From NCBI GenBank assembly GCA_951406725.2, contig OX597814.1:108624001-108688000 (forward strand): a DNA stretch of 64,000 nt, read 5' to 3'. Both the position numbers and the translations under genes were made by a program. This document shows, piece by piece, positions 14,216 to 26,345 of this stretch (its first letter is position 1; every line of letters begins with the position of its first letter). The stretch is from Octopus vulgaris (taxonomy: Eukaryota). Below the pieces are notes generated by a model. It made no database searches. It had not been told where the DNA came from and saw only the letters and a program-made list of their open reading frames with translations.

Positions 14216-14523
14216 ATGTCCATCCGTCTGTCTATATTAGACAAAGCCAAACAGCAGACACGTTAGACTCGCCATAGACAGACGATAGACAGGGTTAGCG
14301 TGATTGTCTTTATTACGTGCAAGACAACAACGAAAGTTAAAGAATATTTTAGAATAATAAATTGCTGATGGAAAATAGCAAATAGGATTGTTTGGAATCT
14401 CTCGATTCATGCTTTGTTTGCGACTGCACTCAAGCTGAACTGTGACAATACTGCAGCAGTGTCTGTGTATATGTGTGTGCATGTGTGTGTGCGTATGTGT
14501 GTGCGTGTGTGTGTGTTTGTGTC

Positions 14524-14738
14524 TGGCGAGCTGGCGAGCGGGCGAAATGCTTAGCTGTATTTCGTCTGCCGTTACGTTCTGAGTTCAAATTCCGCCGAGG
14601 TCGACTTTGCCTTTCATCCTTTCGGGGTCGATAAATTAAGTACCAGTTACGCACTGCGGTCGACGTAATCGACTTAATCCGTTTGTCTGTCCTTGTTTGT
14701 CCCCTCTGTGTTTAGTCCCTTGTGGGTAGTAAAGAAAT
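14524..14738 (+). mobile_element. tRNA-related SINE (family 2)
   Basis: GGCGAGCTGGC...GAGTTCAAATTCC (B-box like)...GCCTTTCATCCTTTCGGGGTCGAT. More than 10 copies, e.g. 10735-10925, 24645-24848, 37930-38145, 57205-57615, 61190-61400. Confidence 0.8.
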
Positions 14739-14744
14739 CAATCA

Positions 14745-14778
<34 letters not shown>

Positions 14779-14801
14779 TTATCTGTTTCTCTGTCTGTCT
14801 G

Positions 14802-14856
<55 letters not shown>

Positions 14857-15287
14857 ATATATGTATAGGCGCAGGAGTGGCTGTGTGGTAAGTAGCTTGC
14901 TAACCAACCACATGGTTCCGGGTTCAGTCCCACTGCGTGGCATCTTGGGCAAGTGTCTTCTGCTATAGCCCCGGGCCGACCAATGCCTTGTGAGTGGATT
15001 TGGTAGACAGAAACTGAAAGAAGCCTGTCATATATATGTATATATATGTGTGTGTGTTTGTGTGTCTGTGTTTGTCACCCTAGCATTGCTTGACAACCAA
15101 TGCTGGTATGTTTATGTCCCCGTTCGGCAAAAAGAGACCGATAGAATATGTAGTGGGCTTACAAAGAATAAGTCCCGGGGTCGATTTGCTTGACTAAAGG
15201 CGGTGCTCCAGCATGGCCGTAGTCAAATGACTGAAACAAGTAAAAGATAAAATATAAAAGAACACACATACATATATATATACATAC

Positions 15288-15348
<61 letters not shown>

Positions 15349-15739
15349 AAAACAATAAAAAATCTCTGGGCGAGATATAAACAGTAACTGCTCTATAACA
15401 TAAGAGGGATCAGCCATCTGAATGTGGCTAGGGTCAGGGCGGGGTGTGGGGGTGTTACTGATGCATTTAGCCCCAGGCGAACATCGACGTCACCAGAAGA
15501 GCTGACACCATCTCAGTGTCCTTGCCAGCCAGCAAAGGGAGATCAGCCTCCCCGAAGATACGGATACTACACACGGACCGGTTTCGAGGTTATTGCCTAG
15601 AGCAGTTACTGTTTATATCTCGCCCAGAGATTTTTTATTGTTTTCGAGCAGATTTTCTACGCCAGTGACTGTGGTTACTGTGAAAATCTATATATATCCA
15701 GCCGGTAGAGGAAGTCCCTCAACGAAGAGCGGTGCTTAC

Positions 15740-15782
15740 CATACGTTGACAAGAGGCAATAACCTCGAAACCGGTCCATGTG
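15740..15782 (+). ncRNA. Minimal type-I hammerhead ribozyme, U3:A8 variant (copy 1, one stem-I mismatch)
   Basis: CATACG-TTGACAA-GAGG-caataa-CCTC-GAAA-CCGG-TC^CATGTG; predicted cut after 15776. Confidence 0.7.
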
Positions 15783-16098
15783 TAGTATCCGTATCTTCGG
15801 GGAGGCTGATCTCCCTTTGCTGGCTGGCAAGGACACCGAGATGGTGTCAGCTCTTCTGGTGATGTCGATGTTCGCCTGGGGCTAAATGCATCAGTAACAC
15901 CCCACCACCCCGCCCTGACCCTAGCCACATTCAGATGGCTGATCCCTCTTATGTTATAGAGCAGTTACTGTTTATATATCGCCCAGAGATTTATTATTGT
16001 TTTCGAACAGATTTTCTACGCCAGTGACTGTGGTTACTGTGAAAATCTATATATATCCAGCCGGTAGAGGAAGTCCCTCAACGAAGAGCGGTGCTTAC

Positions 16099-16141
16099 CA
16101 TACGTTGACAAGAGGCAATAACCTCGAAACCGGTCCGTGTG
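16099..16141 (+). ncRNA. Minimal type-I hammerhead ribozyme, U3:A8 variant (copy 2, intact)
   Basis: CATACG-TTGACAA-GAGG-caataa-CCTC-GAAA-CCGG-TC^CGTGTG: 6-bp stem I, 4-bp stem II, palindromic stem III (ACCGGT), GUC triplet; predicted cut after 16135. Confidence 0.8.
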
Positions 16142-16517
16142 TAGTATCCGTATCTTCGGGGAGGCTGATCTCCCTTTGCTGGCTGGCAAGGACACCGAGA
16201 TGGTGTCAGCTCTTCTGGTGACGTCGATGTTCGCCTGGGGCTAAATGCATCAGTAACAACCCCACCACCCCGCCCTGACCCTAGCCACATTCAGATGACT
16301 GATCCCTCTTATGTTATATATATATATAAATCCTTAAAATCCTTAAAAATGTTTCAGCCCGAAGGCTGAGGCCATGCATCGCTACATATATATACACACA
16401 CATATATATATAGAGAGAAAGAGAGGAGGGAGAGAGTTACTAGAGATCTAATATCATAGACATTGGTCTGTATATGACAGGAAGTTTGAATCACAGAACC
16501 AAAGGTGGTCACAGATG

Positions 16518-16548
<31 letters not shown>

Positions 16549-16765
16549 ATATATATGTGTGTGTGTGTGTGCAGGTGTATGTGTGTGTGTATGCATAACT
16601 GTATGTATGTATGTACGTATGTATGTACGTATGTATGTATGTATGTATGTATGCATGTATGTATATACGTATGTATGTATGTACCTATGTATGTACGTAT
16701 GTATGTATGTACGTATGTATGTATGTATGTATGTATGTACGTACGTAGGTATGTATGTACTTATG

Positions 16766-16797
<32 letters not shown>

Positions 16798-17312
16798 CAT
16801 GCATGCATGTATGCATGAGAGCAGATTGATTAGATTAATTAAAGTTCCAACAACATTTTTTGTTAATGTTCTATATCTGAACATGACACACACACACACA
16901 CAAAAAAAACCAAAAAAAAAAACAGGATAAAAATATCCTTTAAAAGATACAAATTACACGCGGAAAAGTAATTTTTATATATTTGTTGCAAAGAAAGAAG
17001 TATTATAGAAGAAAATATAATTACAAGGAGAAAGAAAATATTATAATTATAAAAATAGATATTTTAACGTTTTTTTTTTTTATTCTCTTATGTTTCCTTA
17101 ATGCTTAGGTTGCAGTTAAATATATTAATTATTGGTTTCATAGGTCAGCAATTTCATAGCAGGATGTGGGGTCTTGTCAATTACATTGTCCAAGGGAGTT
17201 TTGTCCTGATCCCATAAATTAATTGTGACTTTTTTTCCTAGCCAAAATTGTGGCTTTATTGCTATGACTTTTTTTCCTGTGATTTTATTACTGGTCACTA
17301 TTTGATGTAGGG

Positions 17313-17625
17313 TGGAGGCACATAGCCTAGTGGTTAGAGCAGCAGACTTGCAGTCAAGGGATCATGGGTCCGAATCTCAGACCGGGTGATGTGTGTGTTA
17401 ATGAGCGAAACACCTAAGCTCCACGTGGCTCCGGCAGAAGGTAATGGCAAAATGTCTGCAGACTCTTTTGCCACAACTTTCTCTCACTCTTTCCTCCTGC
17501 ATCTTGCAGCTCACCTGTGACGGACTGGCATCCCGTCCAGGTGGGGAACCTATATGCCAAGGAAACCAGGAAACCAGCCCTAATGAGCCAGGCATGGCTC
17601 GAAAAGGAACAAACAAACAACAATT
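17313..17625 (+). mobile_element. tRNA-derived SINE (family 3) with (CAAA)n tail
   Basis: GGAGGCACATAGCCTAGTGGTTAGAGC (A-box)...GGGTCCGAATCTC (B-box like); same head as 26830-27202. Confidence 0.75.
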
Positions 17626-18204
17626 TATTTTACAGCTGCCTGCTCTTTCTGTCATCAGTTGTTGCCAATTTTTCTTTTATCTAAAAGAACCTTTTAATAT
17701 TCCCTGCTGATCTTTGAAATGGCTATTATGTTTCTGGGACCTCAGCACAAATGAGGTTCTTGAAGCATAATGTTTATTATGTCAACACCTATGTCCTCAA
17801 TCTGACCCTGATATGTCCTTTCCCCACAGCTCAGCTTCCTAATACTGCTACTCCTTAATTACTCTTCTGACTATGGCACTATTTACTCTACCATTGTAAT
17901 TATATGAGAACAGAACTCAACATACTTCACCCCCCCCGCCCACCACTTTGCACTCCCACTCACCCTACTTGGAACAATTTTGTTTCTCACATTCTCAGAA
18001 TCATCTCTCACCATCTTATTTTCTATCAAATGCCTGTTTCACCTCCAGTCTCTTCCTTTCTACCCTCTCATTCTGCCAATTGCAACCCCCCACTATTTAT
18101 GCTCATCTCTCACTATTTCCACCCCTATGTACCTCTGATCTCATCCCTGGCACTGTGCATCTCTCACACACTGCCTACAATCCACATCCTTCTCTTTCTT
18201 TCTT

Positions 18205-18243
<39 letters not shown>

Positions 18244-18375
18244 GCTTGTGTATTAGAAAAGGGGCAAAGAACACAGAAGATCTTTAGCAGATGACTGTCT
18301 TCTGTTTCAAAGAATGAGTCTAACTGAAGCAAGAAAGTAACTAGACATCTAATATCATTGGTATTGGTCTGTATA

Positions 18376-18603
18376 AAGGCGGCGAGCTGGCAGAAACGTT
18401 AGCACGCTGGGCGAAATGCTTAGCGGTATTTCGTCTGCCGCTACATTTCAAATTCCGCCGAGGTCGACTTTGCCTTTCATCCTTTCGGGGTCGATTAAAT
18501 AAGTACCAGTTATGCACTGGGGTCGATATAATCGACTTAATCTGTTTGTCTGTCCTTGTTTGTTCTCTCTGTGTTTAACCCCTTGTGGGTAGTAAAGAAA
18601 TAT
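18376..18603 (+). mobile_element. Family-2 SINE with a 15-bp target-site duplication
   Basis: GTATTGGTCTGTATA at 18361-18375 and 18604-18618. Confidence 0.85.
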
Positions 18604-20725
18604 GTATTGGTCTGTATATGACAGGAAGTTTGAATCACAGAACCAAAGGTGGTCACAGATGTGTTGGTGACAAAAGGGGTCAAGCAATCACATAAATACT
18701 CCCTCATTGAAAGTACAGCAGTTGATTCATTTGAATAAAACCCTTCAAGGTGGAACTCCCAGCATGGTTGCTGTCAAAATTACTGGAATAAGTGAAAGAT
18801 GAAAGATGGAAGCGATATATCTATACATATAAATTTCACATGGGTGATTCTTTCTTGTCTTGGGATTCACGGCCAAATGGCTGGGTGGAATTGCATGGGA
18901 ATTGCATGAAAAATTACACAGATGTGTAGAATGATCTGGTGGTGATGCTGGGCTTTGTGTTTTTTCCATAGCTCCCATAGCTACCGAGATAATCTACTAT
19001 AATAATACTCTTGTGTTTATGAATAAGGAAGGAAGGGGTGCTGTTATACTTGGTAGTGGGAGGATGACAGTTATATATCTACATGACAGGCTTTCAGTTT
19101 CCATTTACCAAATCTGCTCGCAAAGCTTTGGTTGGCCAAGGACTGTAGCAGAAGATATTTGCCAATTCAAGGTGCTGCACAGTGGGACTGAACCTAAGAC
19201 CACATGGTCGGGAAACAAACTTCTTAATCACACACCCAGGCCCAAGTCTATTAATTATTTTTGTTAATTTAGAAATCAAGACTGTTGAACAGCCTTCCTG
19301 TAATATATTGCTTTCTTTCAGGTATCAAATACTTTCTTTTATGGCATTATTGTTTCCTGTTCTTTTCTGCCTTCCTGACATTTAACTTTAGTCAATTACA
19401 GCTTCTCCACAGCCATTAAAAATAATATTTTAGCTAATGAGGAACGAAGATGATCAGAGAAGAAGACTTGCACAATATGGCTGACTTCACAACTGGTTAA
19501 TGTCGGCGAGTTTTCATTTTTTGTTTTATCTCTGGAGAGAAAAGAAGAAAGCGATGTTAAAAAGCTGATGAACAACTGCATTGTTGTTGAGTTAAACTTC
19601 AGTTATCGATTGATTTTTTTTTCTTCTCATAGCTTTCTTAAATGATTGATTGATTTTCAAAATCAATATGCAACAAGTGTTGATTTTTATGTTGGTTATA
19701 GGAACATTCGTAATTGCTTATGAATGGGAATGAGTCCGGTGTCTCATTGAATTCTCGCAAGAAATTCACACACACATACTGTGACACACACACACACACA
19801 CACACACACTTTCTCTTACACACACATACTTACTAACACATAAACAAACACACACTTATCCATACACATATATTCACTCTCTCACACAGACTCACACACG
19901 TAGACACGTACACACACACAAAGAATTTTCTAATAAAAAAATGTGAATTTGCAGTATATAAGAAAAGAAAAAAACTGTTGAGCCTTGAGAAATTGAGAAG
20001 AAAATGTCTGGAGAATAACTTGCATGTAACAGATCCTTTGATAAAAAAAAAGAAAGAAAAATTAAATTGGTAGCCTAATTTATTTTTAATTAACTTCTAT
20101 ATCTAATTAACAGTTGATATTAATAACAATACTAAATTAATATTTTCTTTTAAACTCCATTGATTCCTCTGTCAAATTCACTCATTTTCATAAATGTCTT
20201 TGAGATGAAAGAAATATAGGCGTCGTCTCTTGCAATGCAGAAATATGGCTTTCATGATAATCTTACCATAAGGTAGAGGAATTTTCTCTGTTGTGAAACA
20301 TATGTTCCTTTAGTTTCTATGTTCATTAGCTTCTATGGCTTCGAACTGCATCCAGTGGTGGTACCCACTCCTCAAGACCCAGGGGTTCCAGGGTCTTGAG
20401 TAATGTGGAATCACTGTTTAACCAATATTGTTCCCCATTTTACTCTAACCCAAAGTAGTAGCACCTGTCAGGGTCCCTGTTATGGGTTATTAAAGCCTAT
20501 TAGACCTTGCTTACCTATGCATGTGAAGACTGGATCCAGACACTGCAGGAAAAACCCACACAGCCACGTCTGCACCTATACACACATACATTCATACGTA
20601 TGTATGTACATACTTGAGGCATACATACATACATACATACATACATACATGCATGCATACATGCTTACATGCAGACACACAAACATATATACACATATAT
20701 AGATACACACATACATACACATATG

Positions 20726-21175
20726 GTGGCTGCCCCCTTGTTATTGAGTATGGCCATTGCACGAAGCTTAATCAATGTTGTTATCATGCAATGCCTGTGC
20801 AAGAAGATTTTTTTTTAAAGTGAGGAAAGGCTGTGCACTGAGTCAATCCCACTCACTAAGCAACAGCAGCCATAATCCAAAAAGAAGAACAAGTCAACAT
20901 CATCGGTAACCACTGAGCCGCAGGTTTTATGTCGGAGTTATCCCAGTTGCCTGAGTTACCTTCTAGAAGGATGCCTTAACAAAGGCTAGGAGTTTAACCG
21001 CGCAATCGGGTATTCAGTCCGATTATTTCTATGTCCCCGCGCATGATACAGCCTTAAGACATTTATTGGATGGCCGTTGACTCTCAAGAGTTCCTCCACC
21101 CTTTGACGGCAACCCCACCAAGCTTGCTTGGTGAGGAGGGTGTTTATTGGACACCCTGCGGGATGAAAAACAAAG
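20726..21175 (-). mobile_element. Probable bipartite (5'UTR plus 3' end) RTE-derived non-autonomous element
   Basis: The minus-strand 5' end has two hairpins (GGGTGT/ACACCC and CCTCACCAAGC/GCTTGGTGGGG). The 3' end GCAATGGCCATACTC.ATAAC.AGGGGGCAGCCA recurs at 21673-21707. Family assignment is from memory. Confidence 0.4.
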
Positions 21176-21957
21176 CATACACATACACATATACAAACAT
21201 ACATACATATATATACACACATACATACATACATACATACATACATATGCACACATACATACACACACATAAATACACACATAATACATTCATACACATA
21301 TACATGCACATACATACATATATACATACATACACACAAACATATACACACACCCACACATATATATATACAAACATACACATATAAAAACATACATACA
21401 TACATACACACACACATAATACATAAATACACACATACATACACACATACATAAATACACACATACATACATACACACACATACATACATGCATACATAT
21501 ATACACATATTGATACACACATACATACACACACACATACATACATGCATACATACACACGTACGTATGTACGTACGTATGTACGTACGTACATATATAC
21601 ATACACACATACATACATACACACATACATACATACATACATGCATATGTACATATGTACATAGATGCATTATGGCTGCCCCCTCGTTATCGAGTATGGC
21701 CATTGCATACATACATACACACACATACATACATGCATACATACACACGTACGTATGTACATATGTACATATATACATACATACACACATACATACATAC
21801 ATACATACATACATACATACATACATACACACATACATACATACACACATACATATATACATACATACGTACATACGTACATACGTACATACATACATAC
21901 ATACATACATACATACATACATACATACATTCGTACATACATATACGTACATACATA
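21176..21957. repeat. (CATA)n/(CA)n compound microsatellite
   Basis: Direct inspection; complementary field at 16518-16815. Confidence 0.9.
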
Positions 21958-23065
21958 GACTGACAATCTGGACAAGGAAGATAAAATATTCCTGATTGCA
22001 AAGTATTGCAAAGGGGAGTGAATGTTGTTGAGAAGTGTAAATAGGGGCGATAAGAATACACTTGACCTTGCTGTTGCCAAACCGAATGTGACATGGAAAA
22101 GTGTTACGAAAGGTTTGTTGACTGAGGAGAAGGAAGAGGAGTCTTTGAGTCTACAGCAAGTTTGACCCAACAGAGAGAGACCGGCCAGTAACTCTTTAGA
22201 GCGTTTAAATAGGCCTTGGGCAAGTGTCTTCCATTGTGGTCTCCAACCGACCAAACCTTTATGAGTGGATTTGATTGACGGAAACTGAGAGAAGCACATT
22301 GTATATATATGTGAGTGTATGTATATGTCTTTGACAGCTGGTGTTGGTGTGTTTACATCCCTGAACATTAGTTGTTCAGCAAAAGAGACTGATAGAATAA
22401 GAACCAGGCTTGTGGTGCCCCAGTATGGTCGCAACCCAGTGACTGAAAAACTTGAAGATAAAAGATATCTTCCCCAAATATTCTACCTGTTTTGTTTAAA
22501 CTGGCCAGATTCTGCCTCTCACACCTATCCTACAATGTCATTTTAAAAATAAACAATGACATCATCAAAATCTTAAAGATATATTATAGGCACAGGAGTA
22601 GCTGTGTGGTAAGTAGTTTGCTTACGAACCACATGGTTCCGGGTTCAATCCCACTGCATGGCACCTTGGGCCAGTGTCTTCTACTATAGCCTTGGGCCTA
22701 CCAAAGCCTTGTGAATGGATTTGGTAGACAGCAACTGAAAGAAGCCCGTCGTATATATACATATATGTATATGTTTGTGTGTCTGTGTTTGTCCCCCCAA
22801 CACCACTTGACAACCAATGCTGGTGTGTTTACGTCCCCATAACTTAGCAGTTCGGCAAGAAAGACCGATAGAATAAGTACTAGGCTTACAAAGAATAAGT
22901 CCTCAGATTGATTTACTCAACTAAAGGTAGTGCTCCAGCATGGCCGCAGTCAAATGGCTGAAACAAATAAAAGAATAAAAAGAATAAAAGAATACATCAT
23001 TAATTCAAGATGATGTGAATAAATAAGAAATACATTTGACAAACTGATCTGAATGTTGAAAGATT

Positions 23066-23220
23066 AAAGTTGACAGCAGGATGTGCAGGAGCCACAAGGC
23101 AGGTGTCGGTGAGCGTCGCTGTTCATGTTGCAGTAACATATCCACCTCTCGGTCATTTTGACCTGCATGGTTCCTCTGAGGGTGCTCTTCGCCGAGTGTC
23201 CGAGTCGGCTGGTACGATCA
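23066..23220 (-). other. Possible isolated exon
   Basis: Non-repetitive, CpG-rich stretch preceded on the minus strand by CTCAC-ATTTTTTCACAG (branch point, pyrimidine tract, AG). Two open frames; no recognised homology. Confidence 0.25.
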
Positions 23221-23943
23221 CTGTGAAAAAATGTGAGTTCTCAGAGCAAGCCCTGCAGAATGGTCACAACAGCAATTAATTTATCAAGGCAGGGAAGGGA
23301 AACTGGTGTATGAAAAATTATCTCTAAAATGTTTATAAGCACAGACATGACTGTGTGGTAAGAAGCTTACTTCCCAACCACATGGTTCCGGGTTCAGTCC
23401 CACTGCGTGGCATCTTGGGCAAGTGTCTTCTACTATAGTCTCAGGCCGACCAAAGCCTTGTGAGTGGATTTGTTAGTTGGAAACTGAAAGAAGCCTGTTG
23501 TATATATGTATATATGTGTGTATGTTTGTATTTGTGTGTCTGTGTTTGTCCCACCACCATTGCTTGACAACTGATATTGGTGTGTTTACATCCCCGCAAC
23601 TTAGCGGTTTGGCAAAAGAGACTGATAGAATAAGTACTAGGCTTACAAACAATAAGTTCTGGGGTCGATTTGCTCGACTAAAGGCAGTGCTCCAGCATGG
23701 CCACAGTCAAATGACTGAAGCAAATAAAACAATAAATGTTTAGTATTCAAACCAGCCACATCAGGCCCAAATATTCTTCCTTTTTCTTGTGTTCAAACTG
23801 GTCAGATCTGGCCCCTTTCACTTATCCTACAATGTCATTCTAAAAATAAATAATCACAACCTCAAAATCTCAAAGCAACAAGATACTACATTATTTACAT
23901 TATTTACATTTGACGGATATTTGTCCTCATCTTGTTTGTTGTT

Positions 23944-23989
23944 AACACAACGTTTCGGCTGATATATCCTCCAGCCTTCATCAGTTGTC
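23944..23989 (-). ncRNA. Minimal hammerhead motif
   Basis: GACAA-CTGATGA-A-GGCTG-gaggatatat-CAGCC-GAAAC-GTT^GTGTT; palindromic AACGTT stem III; first stem-I pair mismatched. Confidence 0.6.
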
Positions 23990-24208
23990 TTGGGGAAATT
24001 TTGAAACTGGGTTCTCATTCCTAATGTATTTTTCGATGTTGTTGTTGTTATTATTATTATTATTATTCAGGTCACTGCCTGGAATTAAACTCAGAATCTT
24101 GGGGTTAGTAGCCCATGCTCTTTACCAGTAGGCCCATGGGCATATGACATAGTGGTTAAGAGCGCAGGCTACTAACCCCAAGATTCTGAGTTCGATTCCA
24201 GGCAGTGA

Positions 24209-24283
<75 letters not shown>

Positions 24284-24352
24284 TAATAATAAGAATAACA
24301 ACAATTGAAAAATACCTTAGGAATGAGAACCCAGGTTCGAAATTTCCCCCAA

Positions 24353-24398
24353 GACACCTGATGAAGGCTGGAGGGTATATCAACCGAAACATTGTGTT
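24353..24398 (+). ncRNA. Minimal hammerhead motif
   Basis: GACAC-CTGATGA-A-GGCTG-gagggtatat-CAACC-GAAAC-ATT^GTGTT; stem I GACAC/GTGTT intact; two G>A changes in stems II and III. Confidence 0.55.
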
Positions 24399-25915
24399 AA
24401 CAACAAACAAGATGTGGACAAATATCCATCAAATGTAAATAATGTACATAATCTCTCATCTCTTAAATATAGAACTACAAGATACTGTATGATAATGCAA
24501 TCAGAGCTGGTGCAAGATGAGATCTGATAGATCTAAAACGTCTAAGACACACTAATGTGTCACAACAAAGTCTGTAGAATGCCATCAAGGAGCTGAGAAT
24601 CCAAGGCAAGGTATTAAAGAAAGCCGCAGTTCCACCATGAATGTTCTTTTCTATTCTAGGCACAAGGCCCGAAATTTTTGGGGAGTGGACCAGTCGATTA
24701 GATCAATCCCAGTATGCAACTAGTACTTAATTTATCGACTCCAAAAGGATGAAAGGCAAAGTCAACCTTAGTGGAATTTGAACTCAGAATGTAATACCGC
24801 TAAGCATTTTGCCCAACGTGCTAACGTTTCTGCCAGCTTGCCGCCTTAGTTTCACTGTGAATATTGGTCAGTTTCTGTGATAAAAAAACAAAATCTAAGA
24901 ATTTCAAATTGTACTTAAGGTTCCTTCTGTGCATTCTTTGTTCAACTCTTTAGCATTTAAACTGACCATATCCATCTCAATAGGCAACCTGTTTTATGTT
25001 CAAAGTGACCAGTCAGGACTCTCACATCTACCCTATGATGTCGTTTTAAAAGTAAACAATCACATCATTGAAATCTCACATTTGTGAGATAATGCATGCA
25101 CCCACCGCCCTGACTGGCTCCTGTGCTAGTAGCACGTAAAAAACATCATCTGAACGTGGCCAATGCCAGTGCTGCCTTAGTGGCTCCCAATCCAGTGACA
25201 CATAAAAAGTACCCACTAACACTGTTGGAGTGATTGGTGTTAGGAAGGGCATCCAGCTGTAGAAACCAAGCCAAATCAGATTGGAGCCTGACTTGCCAGT
25301 CCCCAGTCAAACCATCCATAATCAAATGGTACTTATTTCATCGATCCCAAAAGGGCAAAAGTCGACCTCAGTGGAATTTGAACTCAGAATGTTTAAGAGA
25401 GAGGTCAAATGCTGTGAAGCATTTTGTCCAGCATGCAAGGGATTCTGCCAACTTCATCATTCTCATCAGCATCATTTAATGTCTGTCTTTGTTTAATGGT
25501 TTGACTGGTGCTGGCATGGCCGGAGAGCTGCACCAAGTTCCATTGTATGTTTTGGCTTAGTTTCTACAGCTGGATGCCCTTTCTAAGGCCAACCACTTTC
25601 CAGAGTATACTGGGTGCTTTTTATGTGGCACCAGCACTGATGCTTTCTACATGGCACCAACACCCGAAGGGTCGGCAAGTGACTTGCAAGACAAAGGCCT
25701 CTCAGGTGGGAGAGAGAGTGGAACTAAAGGAAGTGGTTTTATGCCTGGTGAAAGGTTAGAGTGTGATAGAGGAACAGCTCACTGTCTTACTATAGGGGAG
25801 ATACTATAGAGTAAAGGAAGGAGAAACAGAAAGGGAGAGAGACAGTCAAAGCAAGAAAGGAAGAGAGAGAAATAGATAGTGTTGAAGAGTCATCAGGACC
25901 TACCTTCAGGTAGCA

Positions 25916-25954
<39 letters not shown>

Positions 25955-26095
25955 GCAATAATAAATCTTTGAACGAGGTATAAACAGTAGCTGCATGACA
26001 ATGTGAAGTATATTTGCCACTAAAGGTGGATGCTACTGTAGTTTGTAGCCCTAGGAGAACATCTTCTCCAGCTGGCTATTGACACACTTTCTGTG

Positions 26096-26133
<38 letters not shown>

Positions 26134-26297
26134 TTAATGTCCGTTTTCCATGCTAGCATGGGTTAGACAGTTTGACGGGGTCATATATATATTATTTTAT
26201 TCTACAATTTCCCTTTATACTTCCTATATCTCTACCTTTCCAAAATAACTTTTTATGTTAAACTCTACTTTTCCCTTCTATTTAACCCTCTCACATC

Positions 26298-26345
26298 GTC
26301 TCTGATGAAGGGACATCCCTCATATCTCTGAAACAGCTGTAAGAC
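26298..26345 (+). ncRNA. Minimal type-I hammerhead ribozyme with canonical core, in a PLE-like AT/pyrimidine-rich fragment (~26185-26415)
   Basis: GTCT-CTGATGA-AGGGACAT-ccctc-ATATCTCT-GAAA-CAGCTG-TA^AGAC: perfect 4-bp stem I, 7/8-bp stem II, palindromic stem III (ACAGCTGT), GUA triplet. Confidence 0.75.

Larger units (their letters stand above)
15345..16317 (+). mobile_element. Candidate retrozyme / non-autonomous PLE: two tandem 359-360-bp units plus an inverted partial copy, inserted in (TA)n
   Basis: Unit 1 is 15599-15957, unit 2 is 15958-16317, and 15345-15598 is the reverse complement of part of the unit. Copies differ by only a few bases. Each unit has one hammerhead motif and no credible ORF. 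Confidence 0.85.
23888..24476. mobile_element. Head-to-head pair of a tRNA-headed, hammerhead-tailed SINE-like element with a 10-bp TSD
   Basis: Plus arm ~24128-24476: A-box TGACATAGTGG (24145), B-box GAGTTCGATTCC (24188), (AAT)n, HHR motif. Minus arm 23888-24127 is 5'-truncated. TSD ACAAGATACT at 23878-23887 and 24477-24486. Confidence 0.85.

Noticed and set aside
15593-16290. Short ORFs in the 359-bp repeat
   Set aside because: Non-ATG starts, no recognisable domain, and they differ between copies; an RNA-structure reading fits better.
21095-21165. Possible HDV-like ribozyme at an RTE-type 5' end
   Set aside because: Only two simple hairpins; I could not build the nested double pseudoknot.
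20986-22434. Long YVCM/HTYI ORFs (also 13155-14266, 16354-16930 and 50161-51796)
   Set aside because: Translations of stop-free microsatellites.
24139-24210. Functional tRNA gene (also the other SINE heads)
   Set aside because: Acceptor and anticodon stems do not pair properly, and the head runs into a repeat body.
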